From positions 96,001 to 160,000 of IMG/VR virus record IMGVR_UViG_3300009509_000001: a DNA stretch of 64,000 bases. The stretch is one strand, 5' to 3'. Below, one piece after another: positions 16,876 to 26,559 of this stretch. Numbering within the stretch: position 1 is the stretch's first letter; every line of letters starts with the position of its first letter. Source of the DNA: a virus. Under the pieces are notes generated by a model. It saw nothing but the letters and a program-made list of their open reading frames with translations, did no database searches and was not told where the DNA came from. Both the position numbers and the translations under genes were made by a program.

Positions 16876-17195
16876 TTTACGTTCTCCTTCACGCGATTGC
16901 GCCAGCCGGAGCAGCGCATGGTTTTGAATTCATCGCCCATGGCGATGTCGTGTACGGCCACGACGTCGGCGGCGACGTTCAGTCGCTTCGAGTCCTGGTC
17001 GTGATCAGTGTTCTCCAGATAGGCGATGATGTCTTCCAGCTGCTCGGCCTTGGCGTCATACACCAGGAACGGCACGAGCATGTTCACGTCGACCCCGGTA
17101 TCCTTGAACAGAGCCAGAACCAGGTTGATGCATTTCATCAAAACCTGCTGGTGTTCAAGGCCCGCGGCGACTTTTCCTGCCAGTTCAATATCCAT
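16872..17195 (-). CDS. Hypothetical protein (107 aa)
   Basis: ATG directly after upstream stop. Confidence 0.65.
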   Translation of the reverse strand: MDIELAGKVAAGLEHQQVLMKCINLVLALFKDTGVDVNMLVPFLVYDAKAEQLEDIIAYLENTDHDQDSKRLNVAADVVAVHDIAMGDEFKTMRCSGWRNRVKENVK

Positions 17196-17196
17196 G

Positions 17197-17625
17197 TTAC
17201 TTGTCCACTGTTGCGCCGACGACCCGACAGACGTCACTCCACCTGAAGCCGCACTCGGTGCAGCGCATGTGGACGTGAAGCCGGTAATCCGTGTCGTCGT
17301 CGTAGGTTACTATTCCGATCGTGCTGTTCTTGCCGATCTTGGCGACCGCCGAGCAGCACGGGCAGTGTTTGGGGTCCTCGCTGCGGCGGTTGGCCACGAG
17401 CGTTTCCAGGTCTTCGCCCAGGTTCTCGTACATGTGTACGTAGCCCAGGTGTTCCATGATCGGCTCGCCGTCCTCGAACAGGGTAACCTGCTCGCCGGCG
17501 GCGCGCGTCGCCCAGTCCGTGACTGATTGGCGCTTGTACTCCCGGTAGATCGAACGGGCGGTTTCGCCATCAGTGTCGTCGAAGACGGTACCGATGTTAC
17601 CAACGATGACTTGATATTTACTCAT
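17197..17625 (-). CDS. Hypothetical protein with C-terminal Zn-ribbon (142 aa)
   Basis: CPCC..CTEC; SD GAGG. Confidence 0.7.
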   Translation of the reverse strand: MSKYQVIVGNIGTVFDDTDGETARSIYREYKRQSVTDWATRAAGEQVTLFEDGEPIMEHLGYVHMYENLGEDLETLVANRRSEDPKHCPCCSAVAKIGKNSTIGIVTYDDDTDYRLHVHMRCTECGFRWSDVCRVVGATVDK

Positions 17626-18001
17626 TGGCCACCTCCACGGGATCTATGGGCAGAAGCATGCGCAGCGGCAGCCGGCGCTTACCGAACGGCGGGATCGCGA
17701 TCTCGGCGCCGCTCACCTGTTCTTCGCCGTCGACGACGGTCCAGAAGCTTTCGACCTTTCGGGGTTTGAGATCCTTGACGTCGAATTTCTTCGGGTCGAT
17801 CTCCTCACCGGGTTTCAGGTCGTTGGCCACGTAGACCAGCGTGCCGGGACGGAACTCGCGGGATTCCACGATCTTGCCGTCGGCGTCCTTCACGTTGTGT
17901 GCCAAAGCCCCGCCGATCTCGGCGACCGGAATGGGTTGCGAGGTTTTGTTCACCTTCGACTCGAATCCCGAGCCGAATGCCGATGGGTCACATCCGCTCA
18001 T
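17618..18001 (-). CDS. Hypothetical protein (127 aa)
   Basis: Start re-assigned to 18001 (ATGA overlap). Confidence 0.65.
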   Translation of the reverse strand: MSGCDPSAFGSGFESKVNKTSQPIPVAEIGGALAHNVKDADGKIVESREFRPGTLVYVANDLKPGEEIDPKKFDVKDLKPRKVESFWTVVDGEEQVSGAEIAIPPFGKRRLPLRMLLPIDPVEVANE

Positions 18002-18387
18002 GGTAACAGCTGCTCCTTCGCCACGCCGGTGAGTGCCGACGCCAGCATGTATGTGTCCTTGAACGCGTTGAAGTCGCCGAGGTCCGTGTTCGGCACCTCG
18101 TTCAACGCACGCTGGATGGTCTCGAACAGCTTGCGCGGCAACACGACCACGTCGTTGTCGAAGCTGACGGTGTCCGGTGCGATCCAGTGCTTGACCTCGA
18201 CGTCGAGCGCCGGCCTGCTGTCCAGGACCTCGACGCCCTCGTCCTCCATCGTGCACATCAGCTGGTCGCCGATGGCCTCGCTGCAGAGTTCGTGCTCGAT
18301 GTCCGCGTCCATCGGTTCATCGTCGTCGTAACGATTCTGTTTGTCGATGTCGATGGCGATCAATGCCTTGTAGTATTTGACGTTCAT
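17998..18387 (-). CDS. Acidic hypothetical protein (129 aa)
   Basis: ATG 18387 after AAAGGAAC. Confidence 0.7.
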   Translation of the reverse strand: MNVKYYKALIAIDIDKQNRYDDDEPMDADIEHELCSEAIGDQLMCTMEDEGVEVLDSRPALDVEVKHWIAPDTVSFDNDVVVLPRKLFETIQRALNEVPNTDLGDFNAFKDTYMLASALTGVAKEQLLP

Positions 18388-18923
18388 GATTGTTCCTTTA
18401 ACGTTGACACTCCGTAAGAGAAGTGGTTGAGTCTGTTTATGACGTAGCCGCGCTTGACCATGGCCTCTTTGAACTTGTTCATCAGGTGGTAGTTCTCGTA
18501 GGCCACGTTCAGCATCGGAGCGAAATCGCCGCCGTCGCACATGATGATCATGACCATGTCGTCGGTCGGCATGCACGTGGCGGGCCAGCCGGCCCATTCA
18601 TCCTTGAACCACTGCACGGTGTGGAACGCCTTGCAGCCGCCGCAGTACGGTTTCTCGCCGTAGGCTTCGATCGCTGCGTCGAGCGCGGCCATCGCCGCCG
18701 TGGTGGCTTCGGGCGTGGCGAGCGCCGTGTTCAGCGACTCGAGCTCGTCGATCTTGAAGTACAGATCGCCGTTGATCTCGGGCTCCGGCACGATGGTCTG
18801 ATTGGAATGGACGGTGAACGGTACGGTGTCGCCGTAGGGTTCCCCGTCGTAGTCCTTCAGCACGATGCGGTCGGAGCGCACGAGCTCCTCGCCCGCGTAG
18901 GTGAGTAGCAGGTAGTTTTCCAT
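18384..18923 (-). CDS. Hypothetical protein (179 aa)
   Basis: SD CTGGAGAAC. Confidence 0.75.
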   Translation of the reverse strand: MENYLLLTYAGEELVRSDRIVLKDYDGEPYGDTVPFTVHSNQTIVPEPEINGDLYFKIDELESLNTALATPEATTAAMAALDAAIEAYGEKPYCGGCKAFHTVQWFKDEWAGWPATCMPTDDMVMIIMCDGGDFAPMLNVAYENYHLMNKFKEAMVKRGYVINRLNHFSYGVSTLKEQS

Positions 18924-18935
18924 GTTGTTCTCCAG

Positions 18936-19478
18936 TTATGGTTTCGGGAAGAATTTGCGGCACTTGGCGTTCATCTCGACCTGACGGCCCTCGGCGTATT
19001 CCCAGAAGCGTCTGGAATCCTCGCTGCCGTTCGGTCGGTAGATGTCGTCGTGCCGCCCTTTGTAGCCTTCCATGCAGTATGCGCGTGCCAGCGGCCCGTT
19101 GCCGCACTGAATCACGCAGTGCCTGCAGTTCTCGCAGCGCTTGGGCAGCGTGTAGCCGCACTCGTGCCGCCAGTCGACGCCGTCGGCCTTAGCGTCGTCC
19201 GAGCGGACGGGCCGCCAGCCGGCCGGCATCGAATCGTCTTTGACCAGCACGACGAAGCCCGGATGCTTCGGCTTTCCGTCGAGGGTGTTCTCCTCGACGT
19301 AGGCGTTCAGCGCATCGCAGTGCTTCTGTGCCGTCGGCAACCGCATCCAGCTGAGCGGGCTGTCGCTGACGAACGAAAGGTTGTAGTCCTTTACGGTGCC
19401 GTCGTTCCACCGCTTTATCAGCGTGAGGAGGTGGTACTCCTTCAGGCCGGGCCTGTTGAGCGCTATTCGGTACCGCAT
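18936..19478 (-). CDS. Hypothetical Cys-containing protein (180 aa)
   Basis: CENCRHC..C..C; operon-packed. Confidence 0.7.
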   Translation of the reverse strand: MRYRIALNRPGLKEYHLLTLIKRWNDGTVKDYNLSFVSDSPLSWMRLPTAQKHCDALNAYVEENTLDGKPKHPGFVVLVKDDSMPAGWRPVRSDDAKADGVDWRHECGYTLPKRCENCRHCVIQCGNGPLARAYCMEGYKGRHDDIYRPNGSEDSRRFWEYAEGRQVEMNAKCRKFFPKP

Positions 19479-19693
19479 GATTCATACCGGTTGGTGTTGC
19501 TGTTCGCCAGCAGCCACAGGAAGAACAGGCCGATGGGCCAGAGCACGGACATGATTATCAGGGTGACGGTCATGCCGAGCGTCCAGTGCTGGTTGAGGCC
19601 CCGTACTTTGCGGGCCAGGTTGACTTCTTGAATGAACACGGCCATAACGATGATGGCCGCGATCACGTACAGTAGCGTGTATAGATAGTTCAT
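19463..19693 (-). CDS. Small two-TM membrane protein (76 aa)
   Basis: Two hydrophobic stretches. Confidence 0.65.
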   Translation of the reverse strand: MNYLYTLLYVIAAIIVMAVFIQEVNLARKVRGLNQHWTLGMTVTLIIMSVLWPIGLFFLWLLANSNTNRYESCGTE

Positions 19694-20010
19694 ATTGAAA
19701 TGTGCCTGAATGAGTGTTCAACGGACTTCGTGATCATATCCAGAATCTGCACGGTGAGGTGCACGACCTGATCGTCATTCATTCCGTATAGTTTCTTCAT
19801 CGCCTCGTTCACGGAGTTGTTGGCTCCGAGAATCTTGTCGAACGCCGCTTCCAGCTTGGGAAGCTTCGCACGACTGATGATGATGTAGGTTTTCTTGTCG
19901 ACGCCGCCGAGTTCCGAGAAGAAGCTGTGGATTTCCCCGAACTCAGGGCTCACCCGCGCCAATACGCGCATCTTCTCGCCGATCTCGCGGCGCGTCATTT
20001 TTCGATCCAT
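19690..20010 (-). CDS. Hypothetical protein (106 aa)
   Basis: SD CTGGAGAAC. Confidence 0.7.
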   Translation of the reverse strand: MDRKMTRREIGEKMRVLARVSPEFGEIHSFFSELGGVDKKTYIIISRAKLPKLEAAFDKILGANNSVNEAMKKLYGMNDDQVVHLTVQILDMITKSVEHSFRHISI

Positions 20011-20281
20011 CTTGGTTCTCCAGTTTAACTATTATCAGTGGCTGGGCGCTACGCCAGTATACGTCGCACATAAGGCTGCTGAGCGCCTTGTAGTACGGGT
20101 CTTCCAGGACGCGCTGCATGCGTGTGCGCCATTCCCGTTCATAAAGGGGATGCCATTGTGGCGGCATCCCCTTCATAGCCTCGTCGATCATGTATTGCTG
20201 CCAACATTGGAGCTCGGTGACTACCGCCTGTTCCTTCTCCGTGAGGTAGCCGGGAACTACTTCTCCAACTTCACCAAGCAT
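19943..20281 (-). CDS. Hypothetical protein (~112 aa, start uncertain)
   Basis: Fills the gap between the MTase and the 20010 gene; overlaps both. Confidence 0.5.
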   Translation of the reverse strand: MLGEVGEVVPGYLTEKEQAVVTELQCWQQYMIDEAMKGMPPQWHPLYEREWRTRMQRVLEDPYYKALSSLMCDVYWRSAQPLIIVKLENQDGSKNDAPRDRREDARIGAGEP

Positions 20282-21342
20282 GTCGCAATCGAGGTCCCGC
20301 TGCTGCGGAACGCTCCCTGATCGATCTCTATCACCGTCGCCTCTTTCTCCTGCAGCCAATTTCTGAATTCCTTCTGTAGTTTGTTGTTGCCGGTTTTCCA
20401 GCCGATGCTCATGACGCTGACCAGGACTCCTCCGTCGGCCAGTAAGTCGTACATGTGCTGCACGTGCCGGATGTCCTGGTTGTTCGTGAACGGCGGGTTC
20501 GCCAGTATGACGTCGAACATGTAGCCCGGATCGAACTCCATGAAGTCGTCGCCCACCAGCGTGTAGCCCTCGTTGAGCAGATACTCGCGGTTCTCGGGAT
20601 CGAGCTCGCAGCAGCGCACCTGGCTCTTGGGTATCCCCTCGACCAGAGCGCCGCGGCCGGCACTGGGCTCGAGAACCACGGCGTCCGTGATCGGACCGGC
20701 GAGGTCCCTGACGATCTTGACGACTTCCGGCGGCGTGTAGAACTGCTGGAACTTCTTCTTGTCGTCGATTACTTCGCCGGCCATGAGCCTGGACTTGATG
20801 TCCTGTGCGTCCTTGCCCTTGAAGGCGAACCCGTTCTTCGAGTACTTGCCGCCGGCCCGGATCATAAGATCCTTCAGCTCGTCGTAGCACTTCTTGCTGA
20901 ACCTGACGTCTTGTGGCAGCTCAAGCCGGGCGCCTTTGGACGGCATGCGGCTCAACGCGTGATTGACGTCGGTGATCTCGTGGATCACGGGCTTATCCTT
21001 CTCGGGCTTGAACGTACGGGGGCCGCTGCCTTTTTCAAGGCACTCGTCGTAATCCGTCCAGCCGTTGTTGACGCAGTCTTCGCGGTGATCGCGAGCCCAG
21101 GAGTTCCACAAATCCAGGAGTTCCTGGAAATGACGGATCTTCAAGCTCTCGAAATCAACGCCCTTGCATCGCATGGCCTGTAGGCGTATCTGTGCGAGAC
21201 TCAGGACCTTCGGCGGGTAGAGACTGCTGTCGCTCTGCATGCAGAGCATGGCGTTGTTTACCCGTCCGCTGGTAGCCCCGGTCTCGTACTCACCGGCGTC
21301 CAGATCATCGTCGATGGCTTCGAGGAGATCCGCGCTGTTCAT
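20257..21342 (-). CDS. Orphan DNA N6-adenine methyltransferase (class I SAM-dependent)
   Basis: QQFYTP, VLEPSAGRG (motif I), GDDF, VILANPPF (motif IV). Confidence 0.88.
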   Translation of the reverse strand: MNSADLLEAIDDDLDAGEYETGATSGRVNNAMLCMQSDSSLYPPKVLSLAQIRLQAMRCKGVDFESLKIRHFQELLDLWNSWARDHREDCVNNGWTDYDECLEKGSGPRTFKPEKDKPVIHEITDVNHALSRMPSKGARLELPQDVRFSKKCYDELKDLMIRAGGKYSKNGFAFKGKDAQDIKSRLMAGEVIDDKKKFQQFYTPPEVVKIVRDLAGPITDAVVLEPSAGRGALVEGIPKSQVRCCELDPENREYLLNEGYTLVGDDFMEFDPGYMFDVILANPPFTNNQDIRHVQHMYDLLADGGVLVSVMSIGWKTGNNKLQKEFRNWLQEKEATVIEIDQGAFRSSGTSIATCLVKLEK

Positions 21343-21776
21343 TAATCGTCCTCCGTGGGAAAGCGTCCGAGCATGATGACGTTGCTCTTCTTCTCGATCC
21401 CTACCAGGACGTGCCGCTTCAGCATGTCGTCGCCGAACACGTCGTACATCATCAGGGCGATCATGTCGCGCGGCAGTATGTACGTGAGCTCGGCAAGCAG
21501 CATGCAGGCCATCGTCGGAAGGAACTGGCCTCCCTCGTCGTTGTATTCTTCGCGAATGGAGCCATAGGCGCCGATGGCCTCGAGCTCCTCGATGTAGGTG
21601 CTGCCCGCGCCGCTAAAGAACTGCTGGATCTTGTCCTTTCGCTCTTCGGGACTCAGGGCGGGGTCGAGCCCCGTCTGGTAGCGGTTGAAGGCGGCCAGGG
21701 CCTGAAGGGCCACGGCATGCGCTTTCCGCCGGCGTCCGATTTCCTTCTCAGTCGGAGGTTGTAGTTCTTCACTCAT
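21342..21776 (-). CDS. Hypothetical protein (144 aa)
   Basis: Operon-packed. Confidence 0.7.
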   Translation of the reverse strand: MSEELQPPTEKEIGRRRKAHAVALQALAAFNRYQTGLDPALSPEERKDKIQQFFSGAGSTYIEELEAIGAYGSIREEYNDEGGQFLPTMACMLLAELTYILPRDMIALMMYDVFGDDMLKRHVLVGIEKKSNVIMLGRFPTEDD

Positions 21777-22017
21777 TTTTCCATGTAACCTTGTATTTGT
21801 CTTTCAATTTGTCGAGCGTCTTGTACAGACGGTCGATGTCGGATTTAGGGGCCTCGTCAACGGACACCAGCGTGAGTCCGATGTGCACGTACAGCTTGCA
21901 CCGTCCGTCCTTGAATTCACGCAGCAGCAGTCCGACGACGCCGGGCTGCAGATCGCGCACCGCCACCTTCTCCTTCGAGACCAGGCGCACGTGATCGACG
22001 TATTCAGTCTTTGGCAT
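21769..22017 (-). CDS. Hypothetical protein (82 aa)
   Basis: ATG 22017 after CTGGAGAAC. Confidence 0.7.
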   Translation of the reverse strand: MPKTEYVDHVRLVSKEKVAVRDLQPGVVGLLLREFKDGRCKLYVHIGLTLVSVDEAPKSDIDRLYKTLDKLKDKYKVTWKNE

Positions 22018-22207
22018 GATTGTTCTCCAGATTGTATGGGAAGCTTTCGGCTTCCATTGCCTCCTTGACGCACGGCTCGCACACCTTGTGCGAGTCGTCG
22101 TCAGGAATGAATACGCCGCCGCAGTGCCCGCAAACGGCACGGCGGCGACGCAGGTCGGCCAGTTCAGCCTTGGTCAGCTTCATGACCACTGTCTTTTCCG
22201 GTTTCAT
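22004..22207 (-). CDS. Small CxxC..CxxC zinc-finger protein (67 aa)
   Basis: CGHC..CEPC. Confidence 0.6.
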   Translation of the reverse strand: MKPEKTVVMKLTKAELADLRRRRAVCGHCGGVFIPDDDSHKVCEPCVKEAMEAESFPYNLENNHAKD

Positions 22208-24173
22208 TACTCAGGTCCATACCCATTTCTTCCGCGTACTTGATGACGGTGCACGCCTGCCTCTCCCAGCAGCTGTGGTCGAGGTCGTGTTTACTCAGTT
22301 CTTCGGCGCGAAGCTTCAGCCGCTCGAGCTCGCGGATCACGTGGTCGTACTCGCGCTTGGCGGTGGTGACCTCGGGATAGTCTTCGATCAGGGATTCGGC
22401 TTCCGCATCAAGCTGGAGGAGGGCGGCCAGTTCGGCCTTGCGTCCCTGCTCGAACAGCGCATGTTCCTTGGCGTCGACCTTCGAGGCGAACACACGCAGC
22501 TTGTCAATCTGCGTGAGTTCGGTAGCCTGCTCCTCCTCCTCCTCCTCGGCGGGAACTTCGAAGCCCAGCTCCTCCTGCACGTCTTCGGCCGGCTTCTTGC
22601 TCTTGTACTGGATCTGGTCGAGTTTGCGGCCGTGATCCTGACTGTAGGCGTCGAGCGCGAACACGTCGGCGAGCGTCGTCTCCTTGGACTTGTCCAGGTC
22701 CTCGCGGATAGCGGGGATAAGCACGTCCTTGGCGAACTCGATGCCGGGAGTCTTCGCAATCACCGAACGGCTGCCCTGGTTCTTGAACGTGTGGATCGCG
22801 TCCAGGAAGAGGCAGGCGAAGGTGCCCGACGACTCGGAGAAGTAGGTCACCCTTCCGATGTCGGCGAGAAGCTTCTCAGCCGCCTCCTTCTGCACGTCGT
22901 TCCCCTCCGAGTAGCACTTGCCGATGGCGGCCAGCACCGTGGAGCCATTGAGCTTGAACCGGCGGTAGCTGACGATCTCGCCCGAGCGATTGTGCTTGGT
23001 GAGATATTCCTTGTACCGGGCGTAGCTCATGTAACACAGGAAGCTGTATAAGCTTACCGGCATGTCCGAGATCAGCTCGGTGGGCTCGAGCTGTTCAGCT
23101 TCCGGCGCGACGGGCGGCTTCGGCATGGCCGATGGCTGGACGGTCTCCGGCGGCACCGGCTGCATGACCGGCATGGCCATGTTCGTGCTGGGCGACCACC
23201 AGTCATTGAATCCGACGAGAGCCTTCTCGTAGGTGAGCGCTCCCACGGCGAACAGCGCGTCGAGCGCCGTCAGATGCGTGGAACGAGCCGTGTCCGGGTA
23301 CCAGGCCAGCGGCGGCTTGGTGACGTTCCTGGTTGTGCCAGGCACCTTGCGGCGGCAGTTGAGCTTGACGTCCCACCATGCATCCGTGTCCTTGGTGGCC
23401 AGGAGATGCGTGTCGTGGACCCGATCGATGCGGACCGTTCCGTCGTCGAGGGTCACGACCTTGATCTTGGTGACCGCGTACCAGTAAAGTATGGCGCGCG
23501 GCGTCTTGCTCGTCACCTTCTTCGGGTTGATGGTGTGCATGAGGCTTACCGCCTTGATCACGCCCTCGTCCCGGTAGTTGGTGTTGGTGTAGGCGCGCAT
23601 GTCCAGCATCACGGCGCCGATGGCCGCACGCCACTCCGGCGTGTCCACCATGTTGTGGATGTACATGTCGTACAGCGTGTGCAGATTGCCGCGAGCGCCG
23701 TAGTTGATCAGGAACGTGGCCGTGAACTGGCCGCGGTCCTCCTTGGCGTAGCCCCTGTCCTTGCGGGTCTTGACGATGTGGTGCGGAAGCGACGGCAGCG
23801 AGCCGGGCACGAACAACGGCGGAAGCTCCAGCGGGGTGACGGAATCCTCGTTGTTCCAATGGGCGTGAACCTGCCGGAGGGCTTCGACGAGGTTCACCAT
23901 TCCGCAAGCCTGCAGGGTGTCGCCGCTGAGCTGGTTGATGAACTGGTTGAAGACGTTCCCGTTCGTGAGCTCCCAGCGCCAGAACAACGCGACGTTCTTG
24001 TGGACGCTGTTCATGGCCAGGCGGCGCGTGAGCGGCGTATCGGCCGTGAGAAAGCTGATGCAGCTGGTGAAGTAGCGATAGACGTTTCGCTCCGTCTTGG
24101 TCTTTGCCGGGCGAGCCTTCATAAGACTCATGAGATCCTGGTACTTTGCGGTTGCGGTTGCGTTCATGTTCAT
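22164..24173 (-). CDS. Large hypothetical protein (669 aa) with C-terminal coiled-coil
   Basis: SD GAGG; long ORF; no recognisable catalytic motif. Confidence 0.8.
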   Translation of the reverse strand: MNMNATATAKYQDLMSLMKARPAKTKTERNVYRYFTSCISFLTADTPLTRRLAMNSVHKNVALFWRWELTNGNVFNQFINQLSGDTLQACGMVNLVEALRQVHAHWNNEDSVTPLELPPLFVPGSLPSLPHHIVKTRKDRGYAKEDRGQFTATFLINYGARGNLHTLYDMYIHNMVDTPEWRAAIGAVMLDMRAYTNTNYRDEGVIKAVSLMHTINPKKVTSKTPRAILYWYAVTKIKVVTLDDGTVRIDRVHDTHLLATKDTDAWWDVKLNCRRKVPGTTRNVTKPPLAWYPDTARSTHLTALDALFAVGALTYEKALVGFNDWWSPSTNMAMPVMQPVPPETVQPSAMPKPPVAPEAEQLEPTELISDMPVSLYSFLCYMSYARYKEYLTKHNRSGEIVSYRRFKLNGSTVLAAIGKCYSEGNDVQKEAAEKLLADIGRVTYFSESSGTFACLFLDAIHTFKNQGSRSVIAKTPGIEFAKDVLIPAIREDLDKSKETTLADVFALDAYSQDHGRKLDQIQYKSKKPAEDVQEELGFEVPAEEEEEEQATELTQIDKLRVFASKVDAKEHALFEQGRKAELAALLQLDAEAESLIEDYPEVTTAKREYDHVIRELERLKLRAEELSKHDLDHSCWERQACTVIKYAEEMGMDLSNETGKDSGHEADQG

Positions 24174-24175
24174 TC

Positions 24176-25369
24176 TTATTCCTCTGTGGTAGATTGGTTT
24201 ACAGTGTTAAGGTAACGTGCGAACTCCTGCTCGTCCATCATTTCCGCTGGAGAAAGCTGGAGTCCGAATACTTGGCATTTCAGGTAATTGCCGGCCAACA
24301 CGGCGTTGACGCGGCCGGCCAGCATGCGCCCGTCCGGGCTCACGCAACGATAGCGGAAACCCGGCTCGCTGCGAAGATGCGGGATCGTCGCCTGCCAGAG
24401 CCTGGCCCTCCAGTCCTCTGGGTGCTGATCAACGAGACCACGGACCGCCCGCATGATCGCCTTCTGGTACACGATGTGCGCTGCGCAGCTGTTGGCCCGC
24501 AGCTCCTCGGCGCTCTGCGACCAGTTCTGTTCGAGGCCGACCAGCCACAGGTTCTTGAGCCCCTCGAGAACCTCGCCGATCAGGTCGAAGTCTTCCTGGG
24601 TGAACCCGTCCTTGTCGCCCTTCTCCGAAAAGAACTCGCGCATCATGGCGGTGACGCCGGCGACCGTGAATATCATGTCGCTTTTGCCGCTCACGATATT
24701 CTTGTCGATGTCGGTGCGCCCGCGGAACACGAAGTGCGTGCCGATCAGGTGAGCGACCCCTGCGTTGAAGTCGTTCGCCTTGTCGAAGAACAGGTTGATC
24801 GACTTGCTGGGCTTGCTGGCGTTGCCGTTGACGTCGGCGAACACCTGCTGCATCTGCTCGGCGCCGAACACCGGAAGGACCATGGCCGTGACCGTGACGT
24901 AGTCGAGGTCGCGACCGTTGTACTCCTTGCGCTCGTTGCGCTTGAGCTGGCTCAGGAACTGCATGGCGTAGCGGATGCCCTCGACCCGGTGCTGGCCGTC
25001 AATGATGACGACGGTCGTCCCGGCCTCGAGCGTCTCCTCGCTGGCCGTGGAGTAGAAGTCGAAGTACCCGTTGTCCCTGCGCCAACCGTCGGCGCCTCGT
25101 GGCGGCTCGAGCATGATGAGCAGCGGCGGGATGATGAAGTCCTTCTTCTCCCTGATACGGTCGAGCAGGTACTCGCCGAACTTGCGGGCTCTGGCCTTGT
25201 TGAGGCTTCGCTGCACACGCTCGCCTTCGTACTCGGTGCGGGAGTTCCGCGTGGAGCACAGGCGCATGAAGTCCTGGGCGGCCAGGCTGATCACCGCACC
25301 CATCTTGGTGCCGGTGGCGGTGGTCATGAACTTCTTGACTACGACGTCACTCGATGTCGTGTAGATCAT
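24176..25369 (-). CDS. dndB: DndB-like DGQHR-domain protein (ParB/Srx superfamily)
   Basis: IIDGQHR; QQVFADVNGNASKPSKSINLFFD matches the DndB QQxFADxN..P..S....D pattern; IFTVAGV. Confidence 0.8.
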   Translation of the reverse strand: MIYTTSSDVVVKKFMTTATGTKMGAVISLAAQDFMRLCSTRNSRTEYEGERVQRSLNKARARKFGEYLLDRIREKKDFIIPPLLIMLEPPRGADGWRRDNGYFDFYSTASEETLEAGTTVVIIDGQHRVEGIRYAMQFLSQLKRNERKEYNGRDLDYVTVTAMVLPVFGAEQMQQVFADVNGNASKPSKSINLFFDKANDFNAGVAHLIGTHFVFRGRTDIDKNIVSGKSDMIFTVAGVTAMMREFFSEKGDKDGFTQEDFDLIGEVLEGLKNLWLVGLEQNWSQSAEELRANSCAAHIVYQKAIMRAVRGLVDQHPEDWRARLWQATIPHLRSEPGFRYRCVSPDGRMLAGRVNAVLAGNYLKCQVFGLQLSPAEMMDEQEFARYLNTVNQSTTEE

Positions 25370-25447
25370 ACTGGTACCTTTCTGAATGTTGGTTTGATGT
25401 TGTGCGTACTCTCGATCAGGCTGAAAAGCGCTTTGAAATTGCGGTTC

Positions 25448-25640
25448 GGTTCTTCAGGATCACCAACTTCATCGCCGTCGGCGTGAGGATGGGGATCCTG
25501 AAGAACCAGAGGAGAATGCCCGTTTGCATGCGGGCTGCAGGCGTGGCGCCTGCGAACTCCCTGATCAGGGGTACTGGATCGCAGCGCCCGAACGGCGCCG
25601 GGTGTGGATGGCGGACTCAGTTTGCCGGCGAAGCGCCGGC
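25448..25640 (-). promoter_or_regulatory. Structured intergenic leader upstream of the dndB-like gene
   Basis: 14-bp perfect stem (25448-61/25494-507), GCCCG/CGGGC stem, two GGCG-N3-CGCC palindromes (25537-53, 25624-40), CCCTGATCAGGG palindrome. Confidence 0.5.
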
Positions 25641-25656
25641 TACCGCTACCCCAGGT

Positions 25657-26559
25657 TTACAGCTCGATTACGCTGATAAACGAGCGGCGGCAGTTGACGC
25701 GTTCACCCTGTTCCTGGGAATTTTCCGGGTTCAGGGCGGCGGTCTTGCCTTCGGTAATCAGAAATTCGGCCCATTCGTCGTACAGCTCGACGAGCTCTCC
25801 TTCGAAGTGACCTTTGCGTTTGTGACTGACGGCGTAACGTTTGCCGACGACCAGGTCGTGACTCTGCACCGTGGTTGGTTCCTTTTTGGGTTGGCGGCCG
25901 CCCGGCAGGTCTTCCGGCCGTTCGAACAGCTCGGACTGCGGCGGCTCCTTGGGGGTTATCGTCATCTCATACGGCCGGCAGAACGCCGAGGCGTACTCGG
26001 GGTGCATCTCGTACCAGCCGGTCGGCGGGAACTCGGCCAGAAACGGGTCCTTGCCCATGCTGACGAGTTGCGCCTGCATCTCGTTGCAGCCGTCGAGCAA
26101 CGCCTGTTCGAATATCATCTTCTTGGCGGGCGACAATACGTCTAGCGCGTGCGTGACTTCCGGGTATTCATGGAAGATCAGGGCACCTGCCTCGATGTAC
26201 TCCTTCATGCTGTGGTTGAGTTCGTACTCGTGCGGGAACACTCTGATCTGCTCGCCCATGAATATGATTGCACGCGCCTCGCTCCAGTCGGGGCACAGCT
26301 GCCCCCAGAAGTCGAGGAACGCGTTGTTCGCCGGACTGTAGCCTGTGTTCACCTGGACCTTGTGCTTGCGCATGAGTTCCCGGTACTCGGCGCCGCCCAG
26401 GCGACCGTCGGGGTCGGTAGACTCGACGTGATTGAGCAGCTTCTTCACCGCCAGGTCGGCGTCACTGTGCCGGCCGTCGAGCCACGGCTCACTCCAGTGG
26501 AAGCTCAGCTTCGGCGGACTCGGCCGCGTCGGCGGCTTTCTTCTCAGCATTATCCACAT
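25657..26559 (-). CDS. Hypothetical protein (300 aa)
   Basis: Start re-assigned to 26559 (TGATG overlap). Confidence 0.75.
   Translation of the reverse strand: MWIMLRRKPPTRPSPPKLSFHWSEPWLDGRHSDADLAVKKLLNHVESTDPDGRLGGAEYRELMRKHKVQVNTGYSPANNAFLDFWGQLCPDWSEARAIIFMGEQIRVFPHEYELNHSMKEYIEAGALIFHEYPEVTHALDVLSPAKKMIFEQALLDGCNEMQAQLVSMGKDPFLAEFPPTGWYEMHPEYASAFCRPYEMTITPKEPPQSELFERPEDLPGGRQPKKEPTTVQSHDLVVGKRYAVSHKRKGHFEGELVELYDEWAEFLITEGKTAALNPENSQEQGERVNCRRSFISVIEL

Noticed and set aside
22164-24173. 669-aa coiled-coil protein as the missing SbcC/Rad50
   Set aside because: No Walker A/B or ABC signature motif.
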